A stretch of DNA of 64,000 bases from Octopus sinensis (lineage: Eukaryota). The position numbers and the translations under genes were made by a program. Shown one piece after another: positions 12,201 to 22,660 of this stretch (position 1 is the first letter of the stretch; the number at the start of each line of letters is the position of its first letter). The stretch is from contig NC_043026.1 of the NCBI RefSeq assembly GCF_006345805.1, positions 12,193,579 to 12,257,578 on the forward strand, read 5' to 3'. The notes under the pieces are model-generated. The model saw only the letters and a program-made list of their open reading frames with translations, was not told the DNA's origin and made no database searches.

Positions 12201-12835
12201 CCTAATATAATTTGATGCGTTCAGAAACACAATCTATTAAACCAGTTCGCTCCGACCCAGCACTTTATCCAGCAAAATAACTATTATATATCAACATAGG
12301 AGCATCTAGATGGCTATGCTAGGAGTAGTAGGTAGCTTCACCTATAAAGGATATTATCAACAGTTTATTCCACTTAAAACGTGAATGTTCAGTTGGAACA
12401 AGCTTTACTGCAGTGAATACCCCAAGAGAAACTCTTATATAGGCTTTTAGAGCAAACTGTACTCTTGTTTATATAGCTAGCGGTGAGATAAATCGCCACC
12501 AAATCCAGCGCTGAGACCATCAGATCACATAATTTCCCTCTTCCTTGGTGAGGGTTGCTTGACCGCTAGAGATAGCTGCGACTCACCTCCCCGCCAGTGG
12601 TATATAGAAAATCTGTACCAGAACAGGCACTGGTGTCGCAATTAGCCAATGAGTTTGTTAAAAGAAAGTATATATTAGCGACAGAGACAGTATTTATATT
12701 GAGGGGTATTAATACTGCCTATATAAGTGTCTACCACGGTAAAGTTTGTTCAAATGGAACGTCTATGTTTAAGGGGAGATAAATATTATTTCTCTGTATT
12801 AATACTGCCTCTGTTGTTGATAAATATTTCTTATA

Positions 12836-13205
12836 GGTGCAGGAGTGACTGTGTGGTACGTAGCCTGCTTACCAACCACATGGTTCCAGGTTCAGTCCCA
12901 CTGCGTGGCACCTTGGGCAAGTGTCTTCTGCTATAGCCCCGGGCCGACCAATGCCTTGTGAGTGGATTTGGTAGACGGAAACTGAAAGAAGCCCGTCGTA
13001 TATATATATATGTGTCTGTGTTTGTCCCCCACCCAAACATCGCCTGACAACCGATGCTGGTGTGTTTATGTCCCCGTCACTTAGCGGTTCGGCAAAAGAG
13101 ACCGATAGAATAAGTACTGGGCTTACAAGGAATAAGTCATGAATAAGCCTTTGTTCGACTAAAGGCGGTGCTCCAGCATGGCCGCAGTCAAATGACTGAA
13201 ACAAA
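12836..13205 (+). mobile_element. SINE family A, full length
   Basis: Head GGTGCAGGAGTGACTGTGTGG to CTGAAACAA tail. Confidence 0.9.
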
Positions 13206-13231
13206 TAATATGTGTATATATATATATATAT

Positions 13232-13636
13232 ACTCTTTTACTCTTTTACATGTTTTAGTCATTTGACTGCGGCCATGCTGGAGCACCGCCTTTAGTCGAG
13301 CAAATCGACCCCGGGACGTATTCTTTGTAAGCCCAGTACTTATTCTATCGGTTTCTTTTTGCCGAACCGCTAGTTGACGGGGACGTAAACACACCAGCAT
13401 CGGTTGTCAAGCAATGCTAGGGGGACAAACACAGACACACAAACACATACACATACATACATATACATATATACGACGGACTTCTTTCAGTTTCCGTCTA
13501 CCAAATCCACTCACAAGGCATTGGTCGGCCCGAGGCTATAGCAGAAGACACTTGCCCAAGATGCCACGCAGTGGGACTGAACCCGGAACCATGCGGCTGG
13601 TTAGCAAGCTACTTACCACACAGCCACTCCTGTGCC
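13232..13636 (-). mobile_element. SINE family A, full length, tail-to-tail with 12836-13205
   Basis: Reverse complement of the A consensus; (TA)n spacer. Confidence 0.9.
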
Positions 13637-13679
13637 TTTGTCTACAGACTTATGACATATATGTATAAGAGCAGTATGT

Positions 13680-13819
13680 TTTTGTTTCATTAACTTTGTT
13701 TAAAAAAATTATTTCTTTTGTGTTTTATTTACTTTGCTAGGTAGTCGTTGTAGGATCGACTTGTCACGACTAGCTAGCGCGAGTGCGCGCACCGGGACCA
13801 CTCTTCTTAATTAGTACCC
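13680..13819 (-). mobile_element. solo arm of the GGTAC MITE family
   Basis: Reverse complement of the 9941 arm. Confidence 0.75.
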
Positions 13820-13893
13820 AGTTTTTCGATGAAGACGTTCAATTCTAAGTATCTTCATTGATGTGTTCATGTGAAACTTACCGTTTAGGAGTG

Positions 13894-14195
13894 AGGGCGC
13901 GTGGCTTAGTGGTTAGGGCTTTCGGCTCATGATCGTAAGGTTGTGAGTTCGATTCCCGGCGACGCGTTGTGTCCTTGAGCAAGACACTTTATTTCACGTT
14001 GCTCCAGTCCACTCAGCTGGCAAAAATGAGTTGTACTTGTATTTCAAAGGGTCAGCCTTGTCACTCTCTGTGTCACGCTGAATATCCACGTGTCTGTGGA
14101 GTGCTCAGCCATTTGCACGTTAATTTCACGAGCAAGCTGTTCCGTTGATCGTATCAGCTGGGACCCTCGTCGTCGTAACCGGCGGAGTCTTTAGA
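13894..14195 (+). mobile_element. SINE family E (tRNA-like head, CORE-like GTCCTTGAGCAAGACACTT) with 14 bp TSD
   Basis: A box TGGCTTAGTGG, B box GAGTTCGATTCC; TSD ACCGTTTAGGAGTG at 13880-13893 and 14196-14209. Confidence 0.88.
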
Positions 14196-14582
14196 ACCGT
14201 TTAGGAGTGTATTATATTATGTGAGGGACTGTCAACACGTATCACCGGTGCCATTCAGACGGCGGAAAAATTGTCAACGACACCGCCTCTAATAGTGTGT
14301 TACTAATTAGTTCAGCTGATTTAATTGTTTGAAGTGTAATAATTATCTGCTATTAACGAGAACGTTCGTGTTTGTGGATCATGCAGTGAGACTTTGTGTT
14401 TCGGAGGCGTTGTTCCATCACCATCATCGTGGCTGTTTCTTTTCATCACAAACTGGGTTAATTGATTATTAATTGGTTATTTCCTAATTTTATGGGACAG
14501 AGGAAATGAGTTTTTATTCACCAACAAATGGGTGAACAATTTCCCTGAACTATCTTCAATTTACATTTCTAACATTCTACTG

Positions 14583-14746
14583 GTAAGTAGAAAAAAAAAC
14601 CTATCTACACTATCTACACTGCATTATTCTCCACACTTTGTATATAAATTAAATCCCCCGTCGTATCTGGGACAAGGAATTGAGCCATAATAGATTATAT
14701 ATACTTAACAGACGTTTCTGAGCTTTTAAGAATTCCATTCCCCCAG
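14583..14746 (+). other. putative 5'-UTR intron of the 14755 ZNF gene
   Basis: Donor G|GTAAGT at 14583; acceptor CCATTCCCCCAG at 14746, 8 nt before ATG. Confidence 0.55.
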
Positions 14747-14754
14747 GAATTGAT

Positions 14755-15786
14755 ATGGAGAACATTAATTACTTGGACACTTCTAACACAATTATTTTCA
14801 ACAATATAGATACAGTAATACAGACAGGCGGAGACGAAGAACCCGAGCAGAAAGTTTTTCCTGAATATCACAGTGATATTTATAAGGAGGCGTTCTCCTC
14901 CGAACAGGAAGTCTTTTCACATAAAGAAATACACAGCAAGGAAAGACTTTATCTCTGTGAAATCTGCGGGAAGTCTTTCGTTTCAAACAGTAATTTAATA
15001 AAACATAAACGGGTTCATACTGGAGAAAAACCTTATTACTGTGAAATGTGCGGGAAATCATTCTCTAATAATTCCAACCTCGTTGTTCATATACGTTGTC
15101 ACACCGGAGAGAAACCATACAGTTGTGAAATATGCGGGAAGTATTTTCTCAAGAACAGTTACTTAGCAATACATCAGAGGATTCATACGGGAGAGAAACC
15201 CTTCCACTGCGAAATATGTGGGGAAAATTTTAGCCACGATTCTAGTCTTGTCGTTCATAAACGAATTCATACTGGGGAAAAGCCCTACCATTGTGAAGTC
15301 TGCGGGAAATATTTCGTCTCGAACAGTCGCTTGACCATCCACAAAAAAGTCCATACCGGAGAAAAACGGTCTCACTGTGAAATATGCGGCAAGAATTTTT
15401 CTGATAATTTTTGCCTTGAAGTTCACATACGTAATCACACGGGAGAGAAACCATATCATTGTGAAATATGCGGCAAATCTTTCGTCAGTAACACTCAGTT
15501 GACACGACACAGAAGAACTCATACCGGGGAGAAACCATATCACTGTAAAATTTGTGGGAGATCGTTCTCTGATAATTCTCATCTTGTTGTTCACATACGC
15601 AGACACACCGGGGAGAAACCGTATTCTTGTGAAATATGCGAAAAATCTTTTGCCTCTAGCAGTGACTTAACAAAACATAATCGAATTCACACTGGAGAGA
15701 AACCTTACAACTGCGAAGCATGTTGGAAATGCTTTGCTTCTAACAGTGACTTAGCAAAGCATAGAAAAACGCATTTTGCAAAATAG
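14755..15786 (+). CDS. C2H2 zinc-finger protein, 343 aa, 10 fingers plus one Cys-less leader finger
   Basis: Intact ATG ORF; N-terminus MENINYLDTS is homologous to MADVNHLDTS of the 7755 gene. Confidence 0.95.
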   Translation: MENINYLDTSNTIIFNNIDTVIQTGGDEEPEQKVFPEYHSDIYKEAFSSEQEVFSHKEIHSKERLYLCEICGKSFVSNSNLIKHKRVHTGEKPYYCEMCGKSFSNNSNLVVHIRCHTGEKPYSCEICGKYFLKNSYLAIHQRIHTGEKPFHCEICGENFSHDSSLVVHKRIHTGEKPYHCEVCGKYFVSNSRLTIHKKVHTGEKRSHCEICGKNFSDNFCLEVHIRNHTGEKPYHCEICGKSFVSNTQLTRHRRTHTGEKPYHCKICGRSFSDNSHLVVHIRRHTGEKPYSCEICEKSFASSSDLTKHNRIHTGEKPYNCEACWKCFASNSDLAKHRKTHFAK

Positions 15787-15865
15787 AGCTGTTTTTGTTG
15801 ATAAAATATCTGAGAATGCATAGAGGCGGAATTCTGGTTTGAGCACTCCATATAAATCCATCATT

Positions 15866-16140
15866 GTCGTGGAGGCACATGGCCTAGTGGTTAGAGCAGC
15901 GGACTCGCGGTCGAGGGATCGCGGGTTCGATTCTCAGACCGGGCGATATGTGTGTTTATGAGCGAAAACACCTAAGAAGGTAATGGCGAAACTTCTGCTG
16001 ACTTTCTCTCATTCTTTCCTCCTGCATCTTGCAGCTCACCTGTGACGGACCGGCGTCCTGTCCAGGTGGTGAACCTATACGCCAAGGAAACCGGGAAACC
16101 GGCCCTTATGAGCCAAGCATGGCTCGAGAAGGAACAAAAC
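15866..16140 (+). mobile_element. SINE family C (tRNA-like head, V-domain-like GACGGACCGGCGTCCTGTCCAGG), internally deleted
   Basis: A box TGGCCTAGTGG, B box GGTTCGATTC; flanked by ATATAATCCATCATT-type repeats. Confidence 0.85.
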
Positions 16141-16156
16141 AATATAATCCATCATT

Positions 16157-16463
16157 GTCGTGGAGGCACACGGCCTAGTGGTTAGAGCAGCGGACTTGCA
16201 GTCGAGGGATCGCGGGTTCGAATCTCAGACCAGGCGATGTGTGTGGTTATGAGCGAAACACCTAAGCTCCACGCGGCTCCGGCAGAAAGTAATGGCGAAA
16301 CTTCTGCTGACTCTTTCGCCACAACTTTCTCTCTCTCTTTTCTCCTGCATCTTGCAGCTCACCTGTGACGGACCAGCGTCCTGTCCCGGTGGGGAACCAA
16401 TACACCAAGGAAATCGGGAAACCAGCCCTTATGAGCCAGGCATGGCTCGAGAAGGAACAAAAC
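16157..16463 (+). mobile_element. SINE family C, full length
   Basis: Same family; 15 bp repeat on both sides. Confidence 0.88.
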
Positions 16464-16819
16464 ATATAATCCATCATTACTTATATATTTCATGGAATTT
16501 TCAGATAAGTTTTTCGAATTTGTGTTCTACACACAGTAATTCATATAATTATGTAAAAAAATAAAAACATTTGTATGTGATTTAAGGACAATTCAAACTG
16601 TCATTTTTAACACATCCCACGACCACCAGATACCTTCCTTGTTTCTTTGTCTCTCTGACATGCATTGATGCTTTTCAATATTCTTCTCCCACTAAACACA
16701 TTTAATGGAATGATGATGTACCTAAGGGTGGCCCATTGCTGGGATTTGAACTGTCCATATTTTAAACTCTTCTGCCCATATATTAATTATAATCCCTCAT
16801 GTAAATGTGATCTCAATAT

Positions 16820-16930
16820 TTCTGATGAGGCATCACCTTGTAGATGTGGAATCTGTGGAAAACTATTCTCACTCAAAATCTATCATGTTAAACAGAAGCA
16901 AGTGTATCCAGGATCTAAATATTGTGATTT
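16820..16930 (+). pseudogene. single degenerate C2H2 finger relic
   Basis: Reads SPCRCGICGKLFSLKIYHVKQKQVYPG; zinc-binding histidines lost. Confidence 0.5.
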
Positions 16931-17143
16931 TGTTGAGGCCTTAAACATTAAAAGTGATACTTTTTTTATTATTGTTATGTGAATGAATCTGATCAACTTA
17001 ATTTTTATACTGATATTACAGCAATCATTGTAATTTGCATGTTTACAGGTGCTCAAGACAATCTGCTCTAGGGCAAAGACAGTTTAATGGTGTGATGCTT
17101 GGATAATGTTGAGTATTTGAGTTACTATGTTGAAGTTGTTTAA

Positions 17144-17954
17144 CCCTTTAGTTACTGTATTTTTTTTTTTTAGATGCTCTGTGTTTCTTTCAATTACTTT
17201 AAATATAACAAAGAATTTAGTAAAATAACTTAGTTATCATTCAGCTAGAGTTAGGAACATAAATTGTGACTAAGGTTTGGTGGAAGATTTTAATTCAAAA
17301 CTTATGAAAACAAGACATTTGTACTACAGAGCCAGAGTTGGTATCGAAAGGGTTAAGAATTGTTTCTCTATTATATATTTTAAACCTCTTGTTACTATAT
17401 TTCTGTTGAGATGCTCTGTGTTTCTTTCAATTAATTTTAAATATAACAAAGAATTTAGTAAAATAACTTAATTATCATTCAGCTAGTGTTAGGAACATGA
17501 ATTGTGACTAAGGTTTGGTGGAACATTTTAATTAAAAACTTATGAAGACAAGACATTTGTACTATAGAGCCAGAGGTGGTTTCAACCAGGTTGGTATCAA
17601 AAGGGTTAAGAATTGTTTCTCTATTATATATAATATATAATTATATATAATTATATATTATTGTTTCTCTATTATATTATAACCCTCTCGTTACCATATT
17701 TCTGTTGAGATGTTCTGTGTTTCTTTCAATTACTTTAAATATAACCCATGCTAGCATGGAAAACGGACGCTAAACGATGATGATGATGATGATAACAAAG
17801 AATTTAGTAAAATAACTTAATTATCATTCAGCTATTGTTAGGAACATAAATTGTGACTAAGGTTTGATGGAAGATTTTAATTCAAAACTTATGAAAACAA
17901 GACATTTGTACTACAGAGCCAGAGCTGGTTTCAGCCAGGTTGGTAACGAAAGGG
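17144..17954. mobile_element. three tandem piggyBac-like MITEs (about 17144-17352, 17384-17605, 17683-17954)
   Basis: TTAA|CCCTTT...AAAGGG|TTAA ends; third copy holds a (GAT)n-tailed fragment at about 17747-17792. Confidence 0.75.
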
Positions 17955-18155
17955 TTAAAAAGTATTCAATAAAAAAAAAAAAACTAATTTCTACATACCG
18001 ATTTGTAATATTGACTAAAAGAAAAAAATTATATAAAATTTTATTGAAATTTGTAACAAAATATTTACATTTATATGTAAATGAAAATCATCTAAAATTT
18101 TTTTGACTTAAGATCTTATAACTATTTGTTGGATGATATTTCTGAGACAGTTGAG

Positions 18156-18827
18156 GGATCTTTTCGGTTTGAACGGCAGTTTTTTCTAGCGGTGTCATAT
18201 GAAATTGTCACCCATAATTTATGACCCTAGTATCGATCAATTGCATTTCAATCTGTTTTAGGGTGGGGGGGAGGGTATCTTTTTTTCTTCAGAAATGTAA
18301 ATAAACCCAATCTGTTTCTTAAGCGAGGGACATATTCATACGGCACAGAATGTTTTCACCTCAATAGACATCATTGATTGGTTGAAATTGCAGAAATTGA
18401 AGAAAAAACAACAACAAATATCTTACAAACTATAGAATTTTCTCAATAAAGCCAAGAGAAAAAGAGGATCTTTTATAAACACATTCTACCAGTATACGAA
18501 GTATAAAAGTGTTTAGTTACGTGGAAATTATTTTAAAAAACTGCCGTTCAAACCGAAAAGATCCCGGTGACAATTTTGCCATTATATATTCTTCATGGCA
18601 GCAATCTAATGACTGAAACAAGTAAAACAAGTTTTGATCATCTCTATATAAAATGCATGTGCGTGTAGCGAGGAAGGCGGTAGTAGTGGAATTATTTTCT
18701 GCAGAGCGTTACACATACGTTCGCCGGTTCCCTTACCCACGACGACTTCGCTTCATGTTTTATCATCTAACCAAAGCTGTCGAATGAAAATGTGATAATT
18801 CAACTGTCGTTCAAACCGAAAAGATCC
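18156..18827. mobile_element. GGATC-ended MITE (28 bp TIR; inner end 18564) extended to a second right end at 18827
   Basis: GGATCTTTTCGGTTTGAACGGCAGTTTT TIR; CAGTTGAG (18148-18155) matches CAGTTGTG (18828-18835). Confidence 0.8.
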
Positions 18828-19104
18828 CAGTTGTGTATTTTGTTCAAAATTGATTCACCACTGGAAATACAATTTTAATAATATATTTATTTAATAAAAT
18901 TGTTTCTTTGCTCATCTTACACTAACCTAAAGATAGTTACTCTATCATCTTGATACATGTGAGGTTGTTAGAATATTTTAGTAACTTGGTTTTAATGACT
19001 GGTCAGGTTGCACTGTTGAATCAAACTTCAATATTCAGGTGAATTTTTGACATTTTCAGCATTTTCTGGTTTCTGATGAAATCCATTCTTGGAAGGTGGT
19101 TCCT

Positions 19105-19335
19105 TGTGGAGGCACATGGCCTTGCGGTTAGAGCAGCAGGCTCACGGTCGAGGGATTGCAGGTTCGAATCTCAGACCGGGCAGTGTGTGTGTGTTTATGA
19201 GCAAAACACCTAAGTACCTCGCGGCTCCGGCAGAAGGTAACGGCGAACTTCTGCTGACTCTTTCTCCACAACTTTCTCTCACTCTTTCCTCCTGCATCTT
19301 GCAAACCGGGATACTGGCCCTTATGAGCCAGGCAC
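19105..19335 (+). mobile_element. SINE family C, internally deleted
   Basis: Same head and tail as 16157. Confidence 0.8.
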
Positions 19336-19649
19336 AAGTGCTAGTAAGGTGACGTGGTAATGATCATGCTCGAATGGTGTGCTTAAATGTGCTTAAATGT
19401 GCCATCGGCACGAAGGCCTGCTTGTTGCTCTGGCAACGATATCACTTGTATGGTACTCTTAGCGCTCCACTAGCAACGGATGCCAGTCACTGAGTTTGAT
19501 TTCGACTTCAATTTCACTTGCCTCAACTGGTCTTCGCAAGCAACATTCTACCAAATAAACAGGAGATGGCAAATCAGTGAATGCCCCACTAACGATTTGC
19601 AATACAGAATGAGTTTTCTGTAATGAACTAAAGTATATTTATATTTATT

Positions 19650-19996
19650 GTAGTTGTGATACCAGTGCCGGTGGCACGTAAAAGAATCATCTGAGTGTGG
19701 CTGTTGCCAGCGCCGCCATGTCTGGCCTCCGTGCCGGTGGCACATAAAGAGCACCAACTGATCGTGGCCGTTGCCAGCCTCACCTGACACCTGTGCCGGT
19801 GGCACGTAAAAGGCACCAACTGATTGTGGCTGTTGCCAGCCTCCCCTGGCACATAAAAAGCACCCAATACACTCACGGAGTGGTTGTCGTTAGGAAGGGC
19901 ATCCAGCTGTAGAAACACTGCCGGATCAGACTGGAGCCTGGTGCAGCCTCCTGGCTTGCCAGACCCCAGTCGAACAGTCCAACGCATGCTAGCATA
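19650..19996 (+). mobile_element. family D (RTE-related element with GTGCCACC internal repeats)
   Basis: Reverse complement of copies at 23080 and 33337. Confidence 0.7.
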
Positions 19997-20394
19997 GTAT
20001 AGGGGTCGATTCTTTGTAGAGACTTGCTGGCTACGTTCTCTTCAAGGCTATGCCCCAGCTTGGTCACTGAAGTAAAGATCAATTACTCAGTGTGCCCCAC
20101 CTCCTCTACTCGCAATTAACGGAAGATAATCTAAAAAACAACAACAACACGCATACGTATTTATAAAATCAAGAACAACAACTCTGACTAAATCCCTCTT
20201 CCTTTTAATTGTTTGTCGTCTATAACACTGTATTTCGCGACGTGGTTAACTACGGTTTGTGGTACTAGGTGGGATTTCTTGACATCAAATATAACATAAG
20301 GTAACCAATACAGAGATGTCGCCAGAGCAGCAATTAAAAAGACATCTGACATTGATACTTTGACATCGAGGGGGGGGGGTTTGAAATGGAAAGA

Positions 20395-20407
20395 GGAAGT
20401 GACGTCA
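20395..20407 (+). promoter_or_regulatory. GGAAGTGACGTCA (ETS+CRE composite-like motif), putative promoter of the 25610 ZNF gene
   Basis: Motif in non-repeat CpG-containing DNA; donor GAA|GTAAGT at 20525; acceptor TTATTTCCAG at 24395. Confidence 0.45.
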
Positions 20408-20630
20408 TGTAGCAGGGGTAGGATTCGGGGCCGTCGAAGCAAGCGCTGGATGGCTGGAACGTGAATCCCTCTTGTTCTTTATCAGTGTCCCGACGCAACC
20501 TGGAATAAGAAGGCATTATCCGAAGTAAGTCCGACTATTTTCTCGTTCACCAATTTCTACCATAAGCGATATCGGTGAATAGTAGAACACGAAGTTAAAA
20601 ATTAGTAGCGAATTAGTACCTGTTTCTTTA

Positions 20631-20845
20631 TTACCCACTAGGGGCTAAACACAGAGGGGACAAACAAGGACAGACATAGGTATTAAGTCGATTACATCGA
20701 CCCCAGTGCGTAACTGGTACTTAATTTATCGACCCCGAAAAGATGAAAGGCAAAGTCGACCTCGGCGGAATTTGAACTCACAACGTAACGCAGACGAAAT
20801 ACCGCTAAGCATTTCGCCCGGCGTGCTAACCATTCTGCCAGCTCG
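20631..20845 (-). mobile_element. SINE family B monomer
   Basis: TSD TTAGTACC at 20623-20630 and 20846-20853. Confidence 0.88.
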
Positions 20846-20859
20846 TTAGTACCATACAC

Positions 20860-21221
20860 TGAGCGCCTTGTTTCCCTGGGCATGGATTCACTGAAGCTCC
20901 GGCGTCTGGCGACGGACTTGGTAAATCACGCACAAGGTTATCAACCACCTCACCAACAACAACAACACTGAACACCTTTTTGATCTCCATAAGTCAGAAA
21001 ACAACACAGCTCCCATGACTTTCGGAAACATTTTTTCACGCTCAGAGTTGCTGAAGCATGGAATAAACTGCCTGCGTCAGTTGTTGACTGCCATGACCCT
21101 GCATCGTTTAAGGCCCTCATGCTTTCCGAAATCCGCCGAAACTACACCTGATTATACATACACTTTAAATGAGTTGTAGTGCACCTGAGCACTGTACACA
21201 ATTATTATTATTATTATTATT
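20860..21221 (+). mobile_element. CR1-clade LINE 3' end
   Basis: Translates ...SLKLRRLATDLV...RKHFFTLRVAEAWNKLPASVVDC...SFK, the CR1 ORF2 C-terminal motif; (ATT)n tail. Confidence 0.85.
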
Positions 21222-21256
21222 TAAATAATAAGGCTGTTTGATTATATATCTTACAC

Positions 21257-21458
21257 CAGTGGTTTTCAACCAGGGTTCCGCCAGTACAGTCCAGGGTTCC
21301 ACAAGAAGTTACAAAACTGCTAAAATCGGCAGTAATTTTTAATTCTCCTGTGCAGATATGTGTGCATAAAGACTATTAAATTATTGCACAGGGGTTCCTC
21401 GAGCCAGTGAAATGTTTCCTTCGGGGTTCCGCTCCAGCAAAAAGTTTGAAAAGCACTG
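21257..21458. mobile_element. hAT (Charlie-like) MITE, independent insertion of the 6009 family
   Basis: Same TIRs; flanks TCTTACAC / ATCTACAC. Confidence 0.85.
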
Positions 21459-21551
21459 ATCTACACACACACACACACACACACATACGTGTAAAAGAAG
21501 ATGGAAAAAATAGTACTCGAATATGAAAGTTAGAGGGATATATTTTTTATT

Positions 21552-21784
21552 GGTACCACTTAAGAACAGTGGTCCCGGTGCGCGCACTCGCGCTAGCTAG
21601 TCGTGACTAGTCGATCCTACAACGACTACCTAGCGAAGTAAATAAAACACAAAATAAATAATTTTTTTTTACACAAAGTAAAGAATTTTTGTTAAACAAA
21701 GTAAATAAAACAAAAACACAAAGTAAAGGTCGTCTAATCATGACTAGCTTGCGTGCACCGGGACAACGCTTCTTAAGTGGTACC
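21552..21784. mobile_element. GGTAC-ended MITE with exact 8 bp TSD (Merlin-like)
   Basis: TIR GGTACCACTTAAGAA; TSD TTTTTATT at 21544-21551 and 21785-21792. Confidence 0.82.
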
Positions 21785-21808
21785 TTTTTATTGAAGCTGC
21801 AAAGGTAT

Positions 21809-22032
21809 CTATTTCTTTATTGCCCACAGGGGGCTAAACATAGAGGGGACAAACAAGGACAGACAAAGGGATTAAGTCAATTACATCGACCCCAGTGCGT
21901 AACTGGTACTTATTTAATCGACCCCGAAAGGATGAAAGGCAAAGTCGACCTCAGCGGAATTTGAACTCAGAACGTAGCGGCAGACGAAATACGGCTACAC
22001 ATTTCGCCCGGCGTGCTAACGGTTCTGCCAGC
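21809..22032 (-). mobile_element. SINE family B monomer
   Basis: Matches B consensus. Confidence 0.85.
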
Positions 22033-22239
22033 AAGCCGGTATCACAGAAATGTTAATTAGAGTTTTGAACAATCAGCTCCCCAATCAAAAGTTAAATGCT
22101 TATTCGTGTATTTGAATTATGTGTAACGTAACATTATATTACATGTACAATTACGATTTTAATTCAGTATCATTCATCACAACTGTCAGACGAACGGGAA
22201 CGTGAAACCTTGAGTAATAGTTTTATGATAATTTTTCAG

Positions 22240-22648
22240 CTTGGCTGTGTGGTAAGTAGCTTGCTAACAAACCACATGGTTCCAGGTTCAGTCCCACTGC
22301 GTGGCATCTTGGGCAAATGTCTTCTGCTATAGCCCCGGGCCGACCAATACCTTGTGAGTGGATTTGGTAGACGGAAACTGAAAGAAGCCTGTCGTATATA
22401 TGTATATATATATATATATATATGTGTTTGTGTGTCTGTGTTGTCCCCTAGCATTGCTTGACAACCGGTGCTGGTGTGTTTACGTCCCCGTCACTTAGCG
22501 GTTCGGCAAAAGAGACCGATAGAATAAGTACTGGGCTTACAAAGAATAAGTCCCGGGGTCGATTTGCTCGACTAAAGGCGGTGCTCCAGCATGGCCGCAG
22601 TCAAATGACTGAAACAAGTAAAAGAGTAAAAGAGTAAGAGTAAAGAGT
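22240..22648 (+). mobile_element. SINE family A
   Basis: Matches A consensus. Confidence 0.9.
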
Positions 22649-22660
22649 ATATATATATAT

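Noticed and set aside
9941-13819. One 3.9 kb composite transposon bounded by the 9941 and 13819 arms
   Set aside because: Arms are inverted, but no matching TSD is seen and 9941 already has its own partner ends at 10383 and 10494.
13894-13965. tRNA genes at SINE heads (also 15866, 16157, 37457, 56975)
   Set aside because: A/B boxes are present but they run into SINE bodies, several with TSDs, and lack a complete acceptor stem and T-run terminator.
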